Source: the human T2T-CHM13v2.0 reference genome, Homo sapiens. From it: DNA of 64,000 nucleotides. Below are positions 54,136 through 64,000 of the stretch, piece after piece (within the stretch, counting starts at the first letter, position 1; every line of letters begins with the position of its first letter). A program made the translations under genes and the position numbers. The notes below the pieces were generated by a model that was given only the letters and a program-made list of their open reading frames with translations, ran no database searches and was not told the DNA's origin. The DNA is taken from assembly GCF_009914755.1 (NCBI RefSeq), contig NC_060930.1; one strand, written 5' to 3'.

Positions 54136-56274
54136 TGTGTATATATATGTGTGTGTGTGTATGTGTGTGTATATATATATATATATATATACCACATTTT
54201 CTTTATCCACTCATTGATTGATGGGCATTTGGGCTGGTTCCATATTTTTGCAATTTCAAACTGTGCTGCTATGAACATGCATGTGCAAGTATCTTTGTCA
54301 TACAATGACTTATTTTCCTCTGGTAGATACCCAGGAGCGGGACTGCTGGATCAAATGATAGATCTACTTTTAGTTCTTTACAGAATTTCTACACTGTTTT
54401 CCATAGTGGTTGTACAAGTTTACATTCCCACCAACAGTGTAAAAGTGTTCCCTTTTCACCACATCCATGCCAACATCTATTATTTTGATTATGGCCATTC
54501 TTACATGAGTAAAGTGGTATTGCATTGTGGTTTTGATTCGCATTTCATTAATGATGTTGAGCATTTTTTCCTATGTTTGTTGGCCATTTGTATATCTTCT
54601 TTTGAGAACTGCCTATTCGTTTCCTTAGCCCACTTTTTGATGGGTTTGTTTTTTTCTTGCTGATTTGTCTGCGTTCCTTGTAGATTCTGGATATTAGTCC
54701 TTTGTCAGATGTATAGATTGTAAAGATTTTCTCCCACTCTTTGGGTTGTCTGTTTACTCTGCTGATTATTTCTTTTGCTGTACAGAAGCTTTTTAGTTTA
54801 ATTAAGTGTCATCTATCTTTGTTTTTGTTGTGTTTGCTTTTGGGTTCTTGGTCATGAAGTCTTTGCCTAAGCCAATGCCTAGAAGGGTTTTTCCAAAGTT
54901 ATCTTCTAGAATTTTTATAATTTCAGGTCTTAGATTTAAGTCTTTGATCCATCTTGAGTTGATTTTTGTATAAGGTTACAGACGAGGGTCCAGTTTCCTT
55001 CTGCTACATGTGGCTTGCCAATTATCCCAGCACCATTTGTTGAATAGGGTGTCCTTTCCCCACTTTATGTTTTTGTTTGCTTTGTCAAAGATTAGTTGAC
55101 TGTAAGTATTTGGCTTTATTTCTGGGTTCTCTATTCTATTCCATTGGTCTATATGTCTGTTTTTATACCCGTACCATGTTGTTTTGGTCACTATGGCCTT
55201 ATAGTATAGTTTGATGTTGGGTAATGTGATGCCTCCAGATTTATTCTTTTTGCTTATTCTTGCTTTGGCTATGTGGGCTGTTTTTTGGTTCCATATGAAT
55301 TTTAGGATTTTTTTTTCTAGTTCCGTGAAGAATGATGATGATATTTTGATGGGAATTGCATTGAATTTGTAGATTGCTTGTGGCAGTATGGTCATTTTCA
55401 CAATATTGATTCTACCTATCCAGGAGCATGGGATGTGTTTCAATTTGTGTCATCCATTATTTCTTTCAGCGGTGTTTTGAAGTTTTCCTTGTAGAGGTCT
55501 TTCACCTCCTTCGTTATATATATTCCTAAGTATTTTTTTTTCTTTTTTTTTTTGCAGCTATTGTAAAGGGAGTTGATTTCTTGATTTGATTCTCAGCTTG
55601 GTCACTGTTGGTGTATAGCAGGGCTACTGATTTGTGTATATTAATGTTGTATCCTGAAACTTTGCTGAATTCATTTACCAGTTCTAGAAGCTTTTTGGAT
55701 GAGGCTTTAGGGTTTTCTAAGTATACAATCATGTTATCAGCAAACAGTGACAGTCTGACTTCCTCTTTACTGATTCGGGTGCCCTTTATTTCTTTCTCTT
55801 GTCCAATTGCTCTGGCTAGGACTTTCAGTACTATATTGAATAGAAGTGGTAAAAGTGGGCGTCCTTGTCTTGTTCCAGTTCTTAGTTCCATTTCTCAGGG
55901 GGAATGCTTTCAACTTCTTCCTGTTCAGTATAAAGTTGTCTGTGGGTTTATCTTAGATGGCTTTTATTACCTTAAGTCATGTCCCTTCTATGTGGATTTT
56001 GCTGAGGGTTTTAATCGTAAAGGGATGCGGGATTTTGTCAAATGTTTTTCTCCATCTATTGAGATGATCATGTGATTTTTTTGTTTTTAATTCTGTTATG
56101 TGGTATATCACATTTATTGACTCATGAATGTTAAACCATCCCTGCATCCCTGGTACAAACCCACTTGGTGATGGTAGATTATCTTTTTGATATGCTGTTG
56201 CATTCAGTTAGCTAATATTTTGTTGAGGATTTTGGCACCTATATTCATCAGGGATATTGGTCTGCAGTTTTCTT
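53686..56274 (-). mobile_element. L1PB1-like LINE, 5'-truncated (~2.6 kb)
   Basis: 3' UTR gaacaggtggtgtttggttacat...ttagtggtgatttctgagattttggtgcacc; ORF2 RT remnant 55526..55891 ([20 protein letters not shown], catalytic FADD changed to FADN) and 54976..55443. Confidence 0.95.
54078..54191. repeat. compound (TG)n/(TA)n microsatellite inside the L1
   Basis: Seen directly. Confidence 0.95.
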
Positions 56275-56397
56275 GAAGCTCCTTTTCTAAGTTCATAATT
56301 ATTCTTCACAGTCATTTGTGCTGCTATTTTTTTCAATTCACGATTTAAAAAGTAAAATGCAAATTAAAAAGAATGGTTCCTTGGAAAGTAAAAAAAT
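56275..56397 (+). repeat. local duplication copy A, right half (paralog of 58117-58237)
   Basis: cttttctaagttcataatt...catttgtgctgc...atttaaaaagtaaaatg...aaaagaatggttccttggaaa. Confidence 0.9.
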
Positions 56398-56444
56398 AAA
56401 CATTTTAAATATTGTCTCTGGTAAAAAGTATTCTTAGAGATTTC

Positions 56445-56523
56445 AAAAGTTGGACTATGTGAAACTGCCATTTTTGTAGTTCAAAAGCAGTAACGTATCA
56501 GCAATTTCATATGTTTCACTTAA
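56445..56523 (-). mobile_element. MADE2 mariner-derived MITE
   Basis: ~80 bp with imperfect terminal inverted repeats: aagttggactatgtgaaactgcc...cagcaatttcatatgtttcactt. Confidence 0.8.
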
Positions 56524-56602
56524 TGCAAACCAGGTATTACAGAGATTCACAGGAGGGACTGATTACATCCTATTGTGTGAGAAGACATCTTGATTCTCTA
56601 AC

Positions 56603-56760
56603 TTGGTGGCCTTCAAACTTCAGCATGCATCAGCAAGCCCGAAAGGCTTGTTAAGACACAGCTGCATTGGGGATGGAATGGGTCCTGAGAATTTCCATTT
56701 CTAATAAAGTTCCCAACTGTCCCTGCAGCTAGTCCTGGAATCACTCTTTGAGAACACAGG
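56603..56760. mobile_element. MER5A-like hAT fossil
   Basis: ttcaaacttcagcatgcatcag...cctgagaatttccatttctaa...ctctttgagaacac. Confidence 0.7.
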
Positions 56761-56839
56761 GAGTCTAGCTGCTTGATTTTTTCCTTGCAGAAAGTGTTAC
56801 TGCTTTTATTATATGGCTCTTATAAGTCAATAAGGAAAA

Positions 56840-57570
56840 GAGGAATCTCTCAATTTAAAAAATTGCAACGATGCTAAACCAGAAAATCATAAAAGAAAAA
56901 TACAAATGTACATTTAATATAAAAAGTCAAAATCATTAGTTATCAAAGACATGTAAATTGAAGAAACAAACCCCTTTTGAATACTCAATAGTCAAGATTA
57001 GAAACTATTAGTAGTATTCAATGTTAAAAAAGGTAGAAACAAATGGATGCTCTCATACATTGCTAGTGGAATGATAAATTGCTAAAATCTTTCTGAAAGA
57101 CAATTTGGCAACATATGTCAAGCACAATACTTATGCTTTTTGCTCAGATAGTTCTACTTCTAGAAATTAATGCCAAGATTCTCATCAGAGTCATACACTA
57201 AAATTTATATACAAGTGTTCATTAAAGCACTATGTATAATAAAAATTTGGATTATCCATCCTAAGTATTCAACACAAGATCCATAGAATAGAATATTGTT
57301 AACCATTACTAAAAATTCTTAAAGACTATTGTATAATAAAATGAATAAAGCTGGAAAGAGTACTATAGAGAAAGCAAAGATGCATTTTATGTGTAAACAT
57401 ACACACATGCAATACATGTACACATAGATGTATAGAAAAATACTGAAAAGAATTAGAACTAGAATGTTCGTCACTGTTCCCTCTCACCAGTGAGATTATA
57501 GAGGATTTTTCTTCTTTTTCTTTCACATACATTTCTGCATTTTCCCAAATTCTCCAAAATGTATTTTGTG
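56840..57570 (+). mobile_element. L1ME-type 3' fragment
   Basis: ctctcatacattgctagtggaatg...ctttctgaaagacaatttggcaacat...ctggaaagag. Confidence 0.6.
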
Positions 57571-57634
57571 AGGAGTGGTAAACTGGTTCCAGGGCTCCAT
57601 ACGTTCATTGCCCAATTTTCTGATGAAAATATTT

Positions 57635-58090
57635 CTACTAGTAATTGCACTCCTAGAAATATAGTCTATCAAAATAATCAAATGTACATGTAGAGTTTTA
57701 TGTACTGGGAATACTGATTGCAACGATATAACAAAATTTACAACCTTACTAAATGTTATCAGTTGAGAAATGGTTAAATAAATTGTAGTTTATCCATAAT
57801 ATAGAATTCTAAGCAGCCATTTGAAAGAATATGCTGTTGAAGATTAACGACCTGGAGAAATGGTCATTGTCTAATGTTAAGTGAGAAAAGCAAAACACAA
57901 ACTACGTACAATATAATCCCACTTTTTAAAAATATAAATATACAAATAAAAGATGGGAGGAGTATATCCACATATAAATAGTGTTTATCTTATTATGGTT
58001 GATTTTTTCTTATGTATATTTTACTAGTAGTCTTAGAATTTTTAAATAAACATAATATTCCCAAAAATTAACAAAAAGATATTTTAAAAA
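57635..58090 (+). mobile_element. second L1ME-type 3' fragment
   Basis: aattgcactcctagaaat...aatggttaaataaattgtagt...gttaagtgagaaaagca. Confidence 0.6.
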
Positions 58091-58237
58091 ATAAGACTAT
58101 CAGCTCTTCCACTATCAAAGTTTCTTTTCTAAGGTCATAGTTGTTCTCACAGGCATTTGTGCTGCCTTTGTGAAATCCACCATTTAAAAAGTAAAATGTG
58201 ATTTTAAAAGAATGATTCATTGGAAAATAAAAATAGA
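58009..58237 (+). repeat. local duplication copy B (uninterrupted, empty-site paralog)
   Basis: Colinear with 53066-53184 plus 56289-56397. Confidence 0.9.
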
Positions 58238-58639
58238 AGTGACCAAAATGTTTAAAAACAAGGAGCCCTTGTTTATCTGACTGATGATAATAACCCAAGC
58301 ATCACTTTCCCAAAAGAATTCATTGCATAAATATCTTCTGGAGATGTGGAAACTGGGGTTCCTGGGGGTTTCAGTCACTATTTCTAGCCAGAAATTCAGA
58401 GACACAAAGCTCTTGAATTTACGTTAAAAATTCACTTCTTAGTTATAGACCTGCACATTTCTAGCTGTAGTAATTCTGCAAAGCAGCAGCCGGTAGACAC
58501 TAAAAGGAGCTTAGCTGCAAGTAAAATGGGAACATAGAAGGTGGTAGCAACCTGCCTCTAGGTAATCAGTCCGTGTCTAGTATAGCTAGTATATATATAT
58601 AGCTTCCTTTAGTGAACTCCTCCTTTCTACCCCTCTTCG

Positions 58640-58950
58640 AATTCTCCTGGAACGGGCAATCCCAGGACCTTTCCTCTGGTAAACCCAAGGACACTTGGCC
58701 CAAGCTAGGCCAATCAGACCTTTTTCTCCTAGGACACAACAAAGTTAAAACTGGGTAGCTTGATGAAAAGGCCTAAAGTTACATTCTGTGAATTGTTATT
58801 ACTCAGTTCTTGGGACTTTCTCTTGTCCTTCCTCTATCTAAGTCCTGATTATTTAATTCTTCCTTCAGTTTTATAAGTTACTCAGTCTCTTTTCAATAAA
58901 GTCATCAGTGAACATTTCTGTTATTTACAACCCAAGAATACGACTAGATG
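58640..58950 (+). mobile_element. old ERVL-type LTR fragment (LTR33-like)
   Basis: ggcccaagctaggccaatcaga...ttcaataaa...tttctgttatttacaacccaagaa. Confidence 0.45.
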
Positions 58951-59129
58951 TGTGGCAGAAATACAAACAATACTAGAGAAGCAAGAATAGGATTAGGGAA
59001 GGGGAAGAGCAAAGACTGATCTGGTCACGTTTGTCACCTGCATCTGTTAGGACATCAGACACTATGCCTGTTTATGTTCCTTAAAGAGTTATTGTGAGAA
59101 TTGGCTTCTCCTACTCAGTCCATTCTTGA

Positions 59130-59560
59130 GGTTTCAACCACGCTGACATTCTTCTTTTTCCTCAGAAGGACCAGATCATTCTTGTCTTTTGTGTGGTCTT
59201 AGTAAACGATCTCCTTCTGCTTGAAGTGTTACCATCATAATCATGACAACCCTTAAACTAACAAAGTCTTACTCATCTTGAAGATCCTCATTAATTATCA
59301 TTTCCTTTGAGAAATCTTCTGTATCCACAAAGACAAAGAAAGTTCAGGCACTTGCCCCTTTTGAAAGCATTAAAAATAACTATAGTTAAATAATTTGCTT
59401 TATAGTTAGGTATGCAATGTTTCTCCACCCTGCTATAGCTCCATGATTGTATAGAACCATGCCTGTTTTATATGTACTGATGTCATGCCCATCAACATAC
59501 ATTCAGTTCCTAAGAGCCTATCATCTAGATAACAGTTAAATATCTGTTGAAGGAGCAAAT
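59130..59560 (+). mobile_element. L2 3' fragment
   Basis: cttactcatcttgaagatcctc...tagctccatgatt...gttaaatatctgttgaa. Confidence 0.5.
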
Positions 59561-59841
59561 GGTCCAATAAAATAATGTATGTGAAAACTTTGAAAGAAAA
59601 TAAGAGGATAAAAACACAAGGTGATACAGAGTTCCACAATCCATAATGAGAGCATTTGTGTTATTTATTTTCCTAGTATTACCACATTCCCTGTACATCA
59701 CTGTGGGTCACTGAATGTCAGCAAGCTTAATTGCACTTCCTTTTGCGGACTGATTTGGAAGAGAAGGGTTCAAAAGTGCAGAATGATGGGTGGGAGTGTC
59801 TCCATGGATAATTAGCAGAGCCTTGATGTAGCTTAAAGCCT

Positions 59842-60201
59842 TATCTTAGTCCATTGGCACTTCTATAATAAAAATAACATAAACTGGGAGTCTGATAAAC
59901 AATAAACAGATTTCTCACAGTTCAGAAGGCTGAGAAGTCCAAGATCTAGGAGCCAGCAGATTCAGTGTCTGGTGAGGCCCCACTTTCTCATAGATGGCCA
60001 TCTTCTCACTGTAATTGCACATAGCGGAAGAGGCTATAAATCTCTCTGGGTCTCTTTTATAAGGGCACTAATCTTATTCATGAAGGCTCCACCTCATGGC
60101 CTCATCACCTCCCAAAGACCACACATTCAAAAAGACTCATATTGGGTATTAGGTTCCAACATACGACTTTTCGTGGGACCCCAGACATTCAAACCACAGC
60201 A
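59842..60201 (-). mobile_element. MLT1A-type MaLR solo LTR
   Basis: tatcttagtccatt...tttctcacagttcagaaggctgagaagtccaagatc...acattcaaaccacagCA; perfect TSD AGCCT. Confidence 0.92.
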
Positions 60202-61801
60202 AGCCTGCCACCCTGAAGACATTCTAAATAATACAAGGTCATGTTTAAAACAGTGTATTTTCTAAACAAATGCAGCCTCAAGACAAGTAGCTATCCCTGC
60301 AACTAGCTTTTCACCCTAATCCCTCTTATATAGAAACTCCAGACGTAGTGCTCTTGTTGAAACTTATTCAATCCGATTTAACCGCTGCTATTGATAAGTA
60401 GTCAGGACGACATGTGCCATGGCAAATAGTGACTCAATCCAAATGGATAATGGAGAATAAATGTCTGATTTGGAGTGTTTATCACCTGAACTGCAAAAGA
60501 ATTATATTAACATATGCAGTAGAAGGAAAAAGAATATTCTACAAAAGAAACAAAATAATTCAAGACACATCTTGCACAATGGCCATATTCTTCTCCATTT
60601 TAGTTATGCCACTAGAAAGGTGCTAGCAATATATGTCTACACAACAATGATACAGTTTTATATTTTATGATAAAAATAGCTCATTCCTTTTTGACTTGTC
60701 TTTTGAGGGCTGTATTTACAAGACCTGTGAGGGGAGCTTGAAATTATATAAAAGTTTTGAGTGAGAAAAAAGAAACACAAACATTCCTTTGAAATGTTCT
60801 TAATAAATTTTTAAATTAATTTCCAGAAAGATAGGTCTCAGAAATCAATTTAAACTATTTAACTCACCATGCAAGAATGAAATTATTTTTTAAAAAAAGA
60901 GGTAAGCTGAAAAATTTCGAAGGCTACGTGCAGAAAGCCTTTAGCAGACAGCAGGAAGGAAAACTGCAGGCTTATAATGGGATTAGGAGGGTTTTTTCCC
61001 TGGGAAAAGTGTTCACTGAAGAGTGCTAAGAGGTACAATTAAAAACACTATTACACTCTTATGAGCAAAAATTCATCCTAAGATAAGAGTTGTAACCAGC
61101 CCATACTAGATGATCCTGACCTGGTTTGGGCTATTATTTTTTAACATATCTTTAGTCCTATTAAAGGAGTTTACATTGTATGTGCTAGACTATATATCTT
61201 CTCTTTCAAAATTGTTCTCTTCGAGGATTTATTTATTGTACACAAATAAACATGAACTGTTTTTTCCCATCAACTCCTTCAATAAAGAGAACATGTTTTC
61301 TCAAGTTATGTTTTAGCCCTTTTGGAATGAGCACAAAAGAGTAGAGTCATAGAAAAAATCTGTAAATTTTTCAAGAGAGTAAGAAAGTCTTGACATGTTT
61401 TATGCAAGTGTAACCAATGCCAAATGTTCTTGCTGGGTATCCACTTGGAATGTGGGGACAGAGATTCTTCCAAACCCACCCTTTCTGTTTGCAGCTGTAA
61501 TGCTGGGTAGAAAGAGTGCATTTAACAGTTATTTGGTTTATTTGATTGAAGCTGGGTCCTTCCCAGCAGTGCCTTGTCCCAGCAGTGCCATATAATGAAT
61601 CTCTGTATCCAGTTGTTGCATCAGGAAAGCAAGAGTGGAACAGTACTTCTAGGGTAGGTATCTTTTTAATTCAGTTCAATTCATTATACCTTGCAATCAC
61701 TTATTGACTCTCTAACCTAAACTTGGTTCCTTTAATAACTCATCTGCCCTTCCTTTGGTGGCACGGAAGTAAAAGATCATCTAATTGAGCATATAGATGG
61801 A

Positions 61802-61884
61802 TCTCTCTTTCTCTCTCTCTCTCTCTCTTTCCAGATATATATATACACACACATACATATATATATATATACACATATATATAT
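61802..61884. repeat. (CT)n/(AT)n/(AC)n compound microsatellite
   Basis: Seen directly. Confidence 0.9.
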
Positions 61885-63124
61885 GCTTTTCTATTTCCCT
61901 GCTTAAATATCTAAGTAGCTATTATACATGTATCTTTTGATCCATCTATCTATTTTAGAAGAATTTTATTTAAAAAATCTTCAGAGGAAAGTTTTTAAAA
62001 TAAATGTATAGCTTATTCCCCACCTACACACATTTGCACACTCATTCCACTCACACCCACATGCACACTCACACACTGTATTTTTTTCTTATTTGAATCA
62101 GCCACCACAGCTGCCAGTGCCTCAGGGGCTTTAAACATCAATCAGTTTCACAGCTGGAGGCAGAGTGATCTACAGCAATAAAGCTTAAAGTGCTTCCTTT
62201 TCTGATATAATTTGATTCTTCCATTAGAGCACACATTCTTTTTTTTTTTAAGCCAAAGCAAATGTTCTCTGTCCATACTAAGGCAAATAAATAGTTACCT
62301 TAAAGAGGCAGAAGGTATTACTCACTAGTTGGGATGCTAGATGGAGAAACTCTATCCAATAATCCTTACTTCTGCAGTGCTGAGTTTTTCACTTTTATCT
62401 CTCAGATTTGCATCTCTCCTGCCTCCTCAGGGCTGACAGTGATCTTGGATCTGTTAGGCTGGGGGTGAATTCTGGTAGCTATAATAAATCAGACAAGAGT
62501 GGCTTTATTGATATGTTCTTTGGTTTCTAATACAATAGAATTCAATGGAATAGAGAAAAATGCTATGACAATCACTGTCATACTTTTTCACTGGACCCAC
62601 AATGTTTGTCTCAAAGTTTCTCCATCAACCACAAGTTTTAAACTATCTTAAACATGACTTATCATTGTTTCTCTGACAAGCTCACTGTACTTGTTATTCT
62701 TGACTTTTGAAGTTATTTATTAAGTAGTACTAGATAAGGTAGAAAGTGATTCCAGCTAACTTTGATAACGATAGTTGCAAAGAATGTGCTGTTGTCAACA
62801 AAGATGTGCATTCAAAGATTAACAGTGAGAGTGGGTCAGAATCCATTATGCTTTGGTTCCTATCAAATAAACCTGGTTGGAATACTTGTTTGTTTGTTTT
62901 CCAAAAGAGACAGGGTTTTGGTAACAGAAATCCAGATATTTTTAAAGTAAATGAGCAGTCACATCCTAACCTGAAGCTTGCCAGCCCAGTTCATCTGCTG
63001 CTGCGGTCACCCCATTCCAGCTGTTGACTGGTTACATTTATGGTTACATTTACATTGGCTCTACCAAGGTTTCTTTCCCTTTTTTTGAATGAACCTATGA
63101 AACCAGTTTATACCAAAATTCGTA

Positions 63125-63312
63125 ATTGTAGAATGTGGTAATATTAAAGCTAAGAGAGTCCTTAGAAGTTTCTAGCTCAGCAATATTCCTTCATCGTCTT
63201 TCCTTTTACTGTGGGAAATGTGGGACTCAAGAAGTTTAAATAATCAACCCAAGGACACACAGATAATAATTTATCAAACTAGAATTTAGACTGAAATTTT
63301 CTAAATCCCTAT
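63125..63312 (-). mobile_element. MIR (interrupted by the MLT1)
   Basis: ttttactgtgggaaatgtgggactcaagaagtttaaataatcaacccaaggacacacag. Confidence 0.65.
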
Positions 63313-63663
63313 TGCAATGGACTGACTTGTGTCTCGCAAACTCATAGGCAGATGCCTTAACTACCAATATGATTGTCTTTGGACATAGGGTTTATAAGGA
63401 GGTAACTAAGGTTAATGAGGCCATAAGAGTAGGGCCCTAATCTAACAGGTCTGGTGACCTTACAAGAAAAGAAAAGACACCATAGTGCTCATCTTGAGTC
63501 AAATGCAGCTATCTGCAAGCCAGGAAGAGGGCCCTCATCAGAAACAGAACTCTGCAGGAACCTTGATCTTGGACTTCCAGCTTCCAGTATGATAAGAAGA
63601 CATATATCTGTAGTTTCAGTAACCCAGTATATGGTTTTTGTTAAGATAGCTAGAGCTAAGATA
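63313..63663 (+). mobile_element. MLT1A/B-type MaLR solo LTR
   Basis: tgcaatggactga...gggccctaatc...gcaagccaggaagagggccctcatcagaa...ttgatcttggacttccagc; TSD cctat/cctgt. Confidence 0.88.
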
Positions 63664-64000
63664 CCTGTCTTTCCATTTCTTAATCTTATGACTGAATACT
63701 GAGTTCAAATCTTTTCTAAGAGATCCAATTCTGCCATTGTGCTGAGTGGGGGATAGAAGTGTCTCTGATAAAATGTATTCAGGGCTGAGCTCACTATCAA
63801 TGACTGAGCGCTGCCTGTGTCCAAGCTACTCTGGACAGCTTCAAGAAAGGTAACCCTTAAGCTCAAACTAAAGGTTTCATTGCTTCAAATTCTCCCAGCT
63901 TTAGTCTCCCACAAAAGGAGCTAGTTTTTATTTATTTTTATTCCTAAATGTCTAGTCCTTGGTTTAGTGCTTTCAAACTAAGTGTGCGTAACTACCACCT

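Noticed and set aside
54079-54663. Longest ORF (194 aa)
   Set aside because: Antisense read-through of L1 plus the TG/TA microsatellite (CVCVYIYI)
54976-55891. 155-aa and 121-aa ORFs resembling reverse transcriptase
   Set aside because: Broken L1 ORF2 fragments of a 5'-truncated element with FADD changed to FADN; not a functional gene

Overview
Primate genomic DNA, most likely catarrhine or human-like, since AluJ, AluS and AluY elements are present. It is AT-rich, CpG-depleted and non-coding (intergenic or deep intronic). I find no host protein-coding exon, tRNA/rRNA gene, CRISPR array or other prokaryote-type system. The ORF track is explained by L1 ORF2 remnants, Alu and microsatellite read-through, one ERV env remnant and chance ORFs. 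Much of the window is recognisable repeat: L1 (L1MA, L1PA13-17-like, L1PB1, L1ME), Alu, MIR, L2, MaLR/ERVL solo LTRs (several with target-site duplications, TSDs), a truncated ERV1, and DNA transposon fossils (MER47A, MER2, MER5A, MER58A, MADE2). The best observation is at 53-58 kb. An old ~230-bp local duplication preserves the empty site for a 3.1-kb insertion. That insertion is an L1PB1 plus ~0.5 kb of extra downstream DNA with its own AATAAA and poly(A), all inside one TSD, which indicates an ancient L1 3' transduction. Other notable items: a 64-bp tandem duplication in an MLT1E LTR whose only differences are one CpG resolved oppositely, an env transmembrane (TM) remnant, a probable CR1 endonuclease fossil, a perfect 13-bp hairpin, and several motif-dense candidate enhancers. 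Subfamily calls and old-repeat boundaries come from visual recall of consensus sequences and are approximate.
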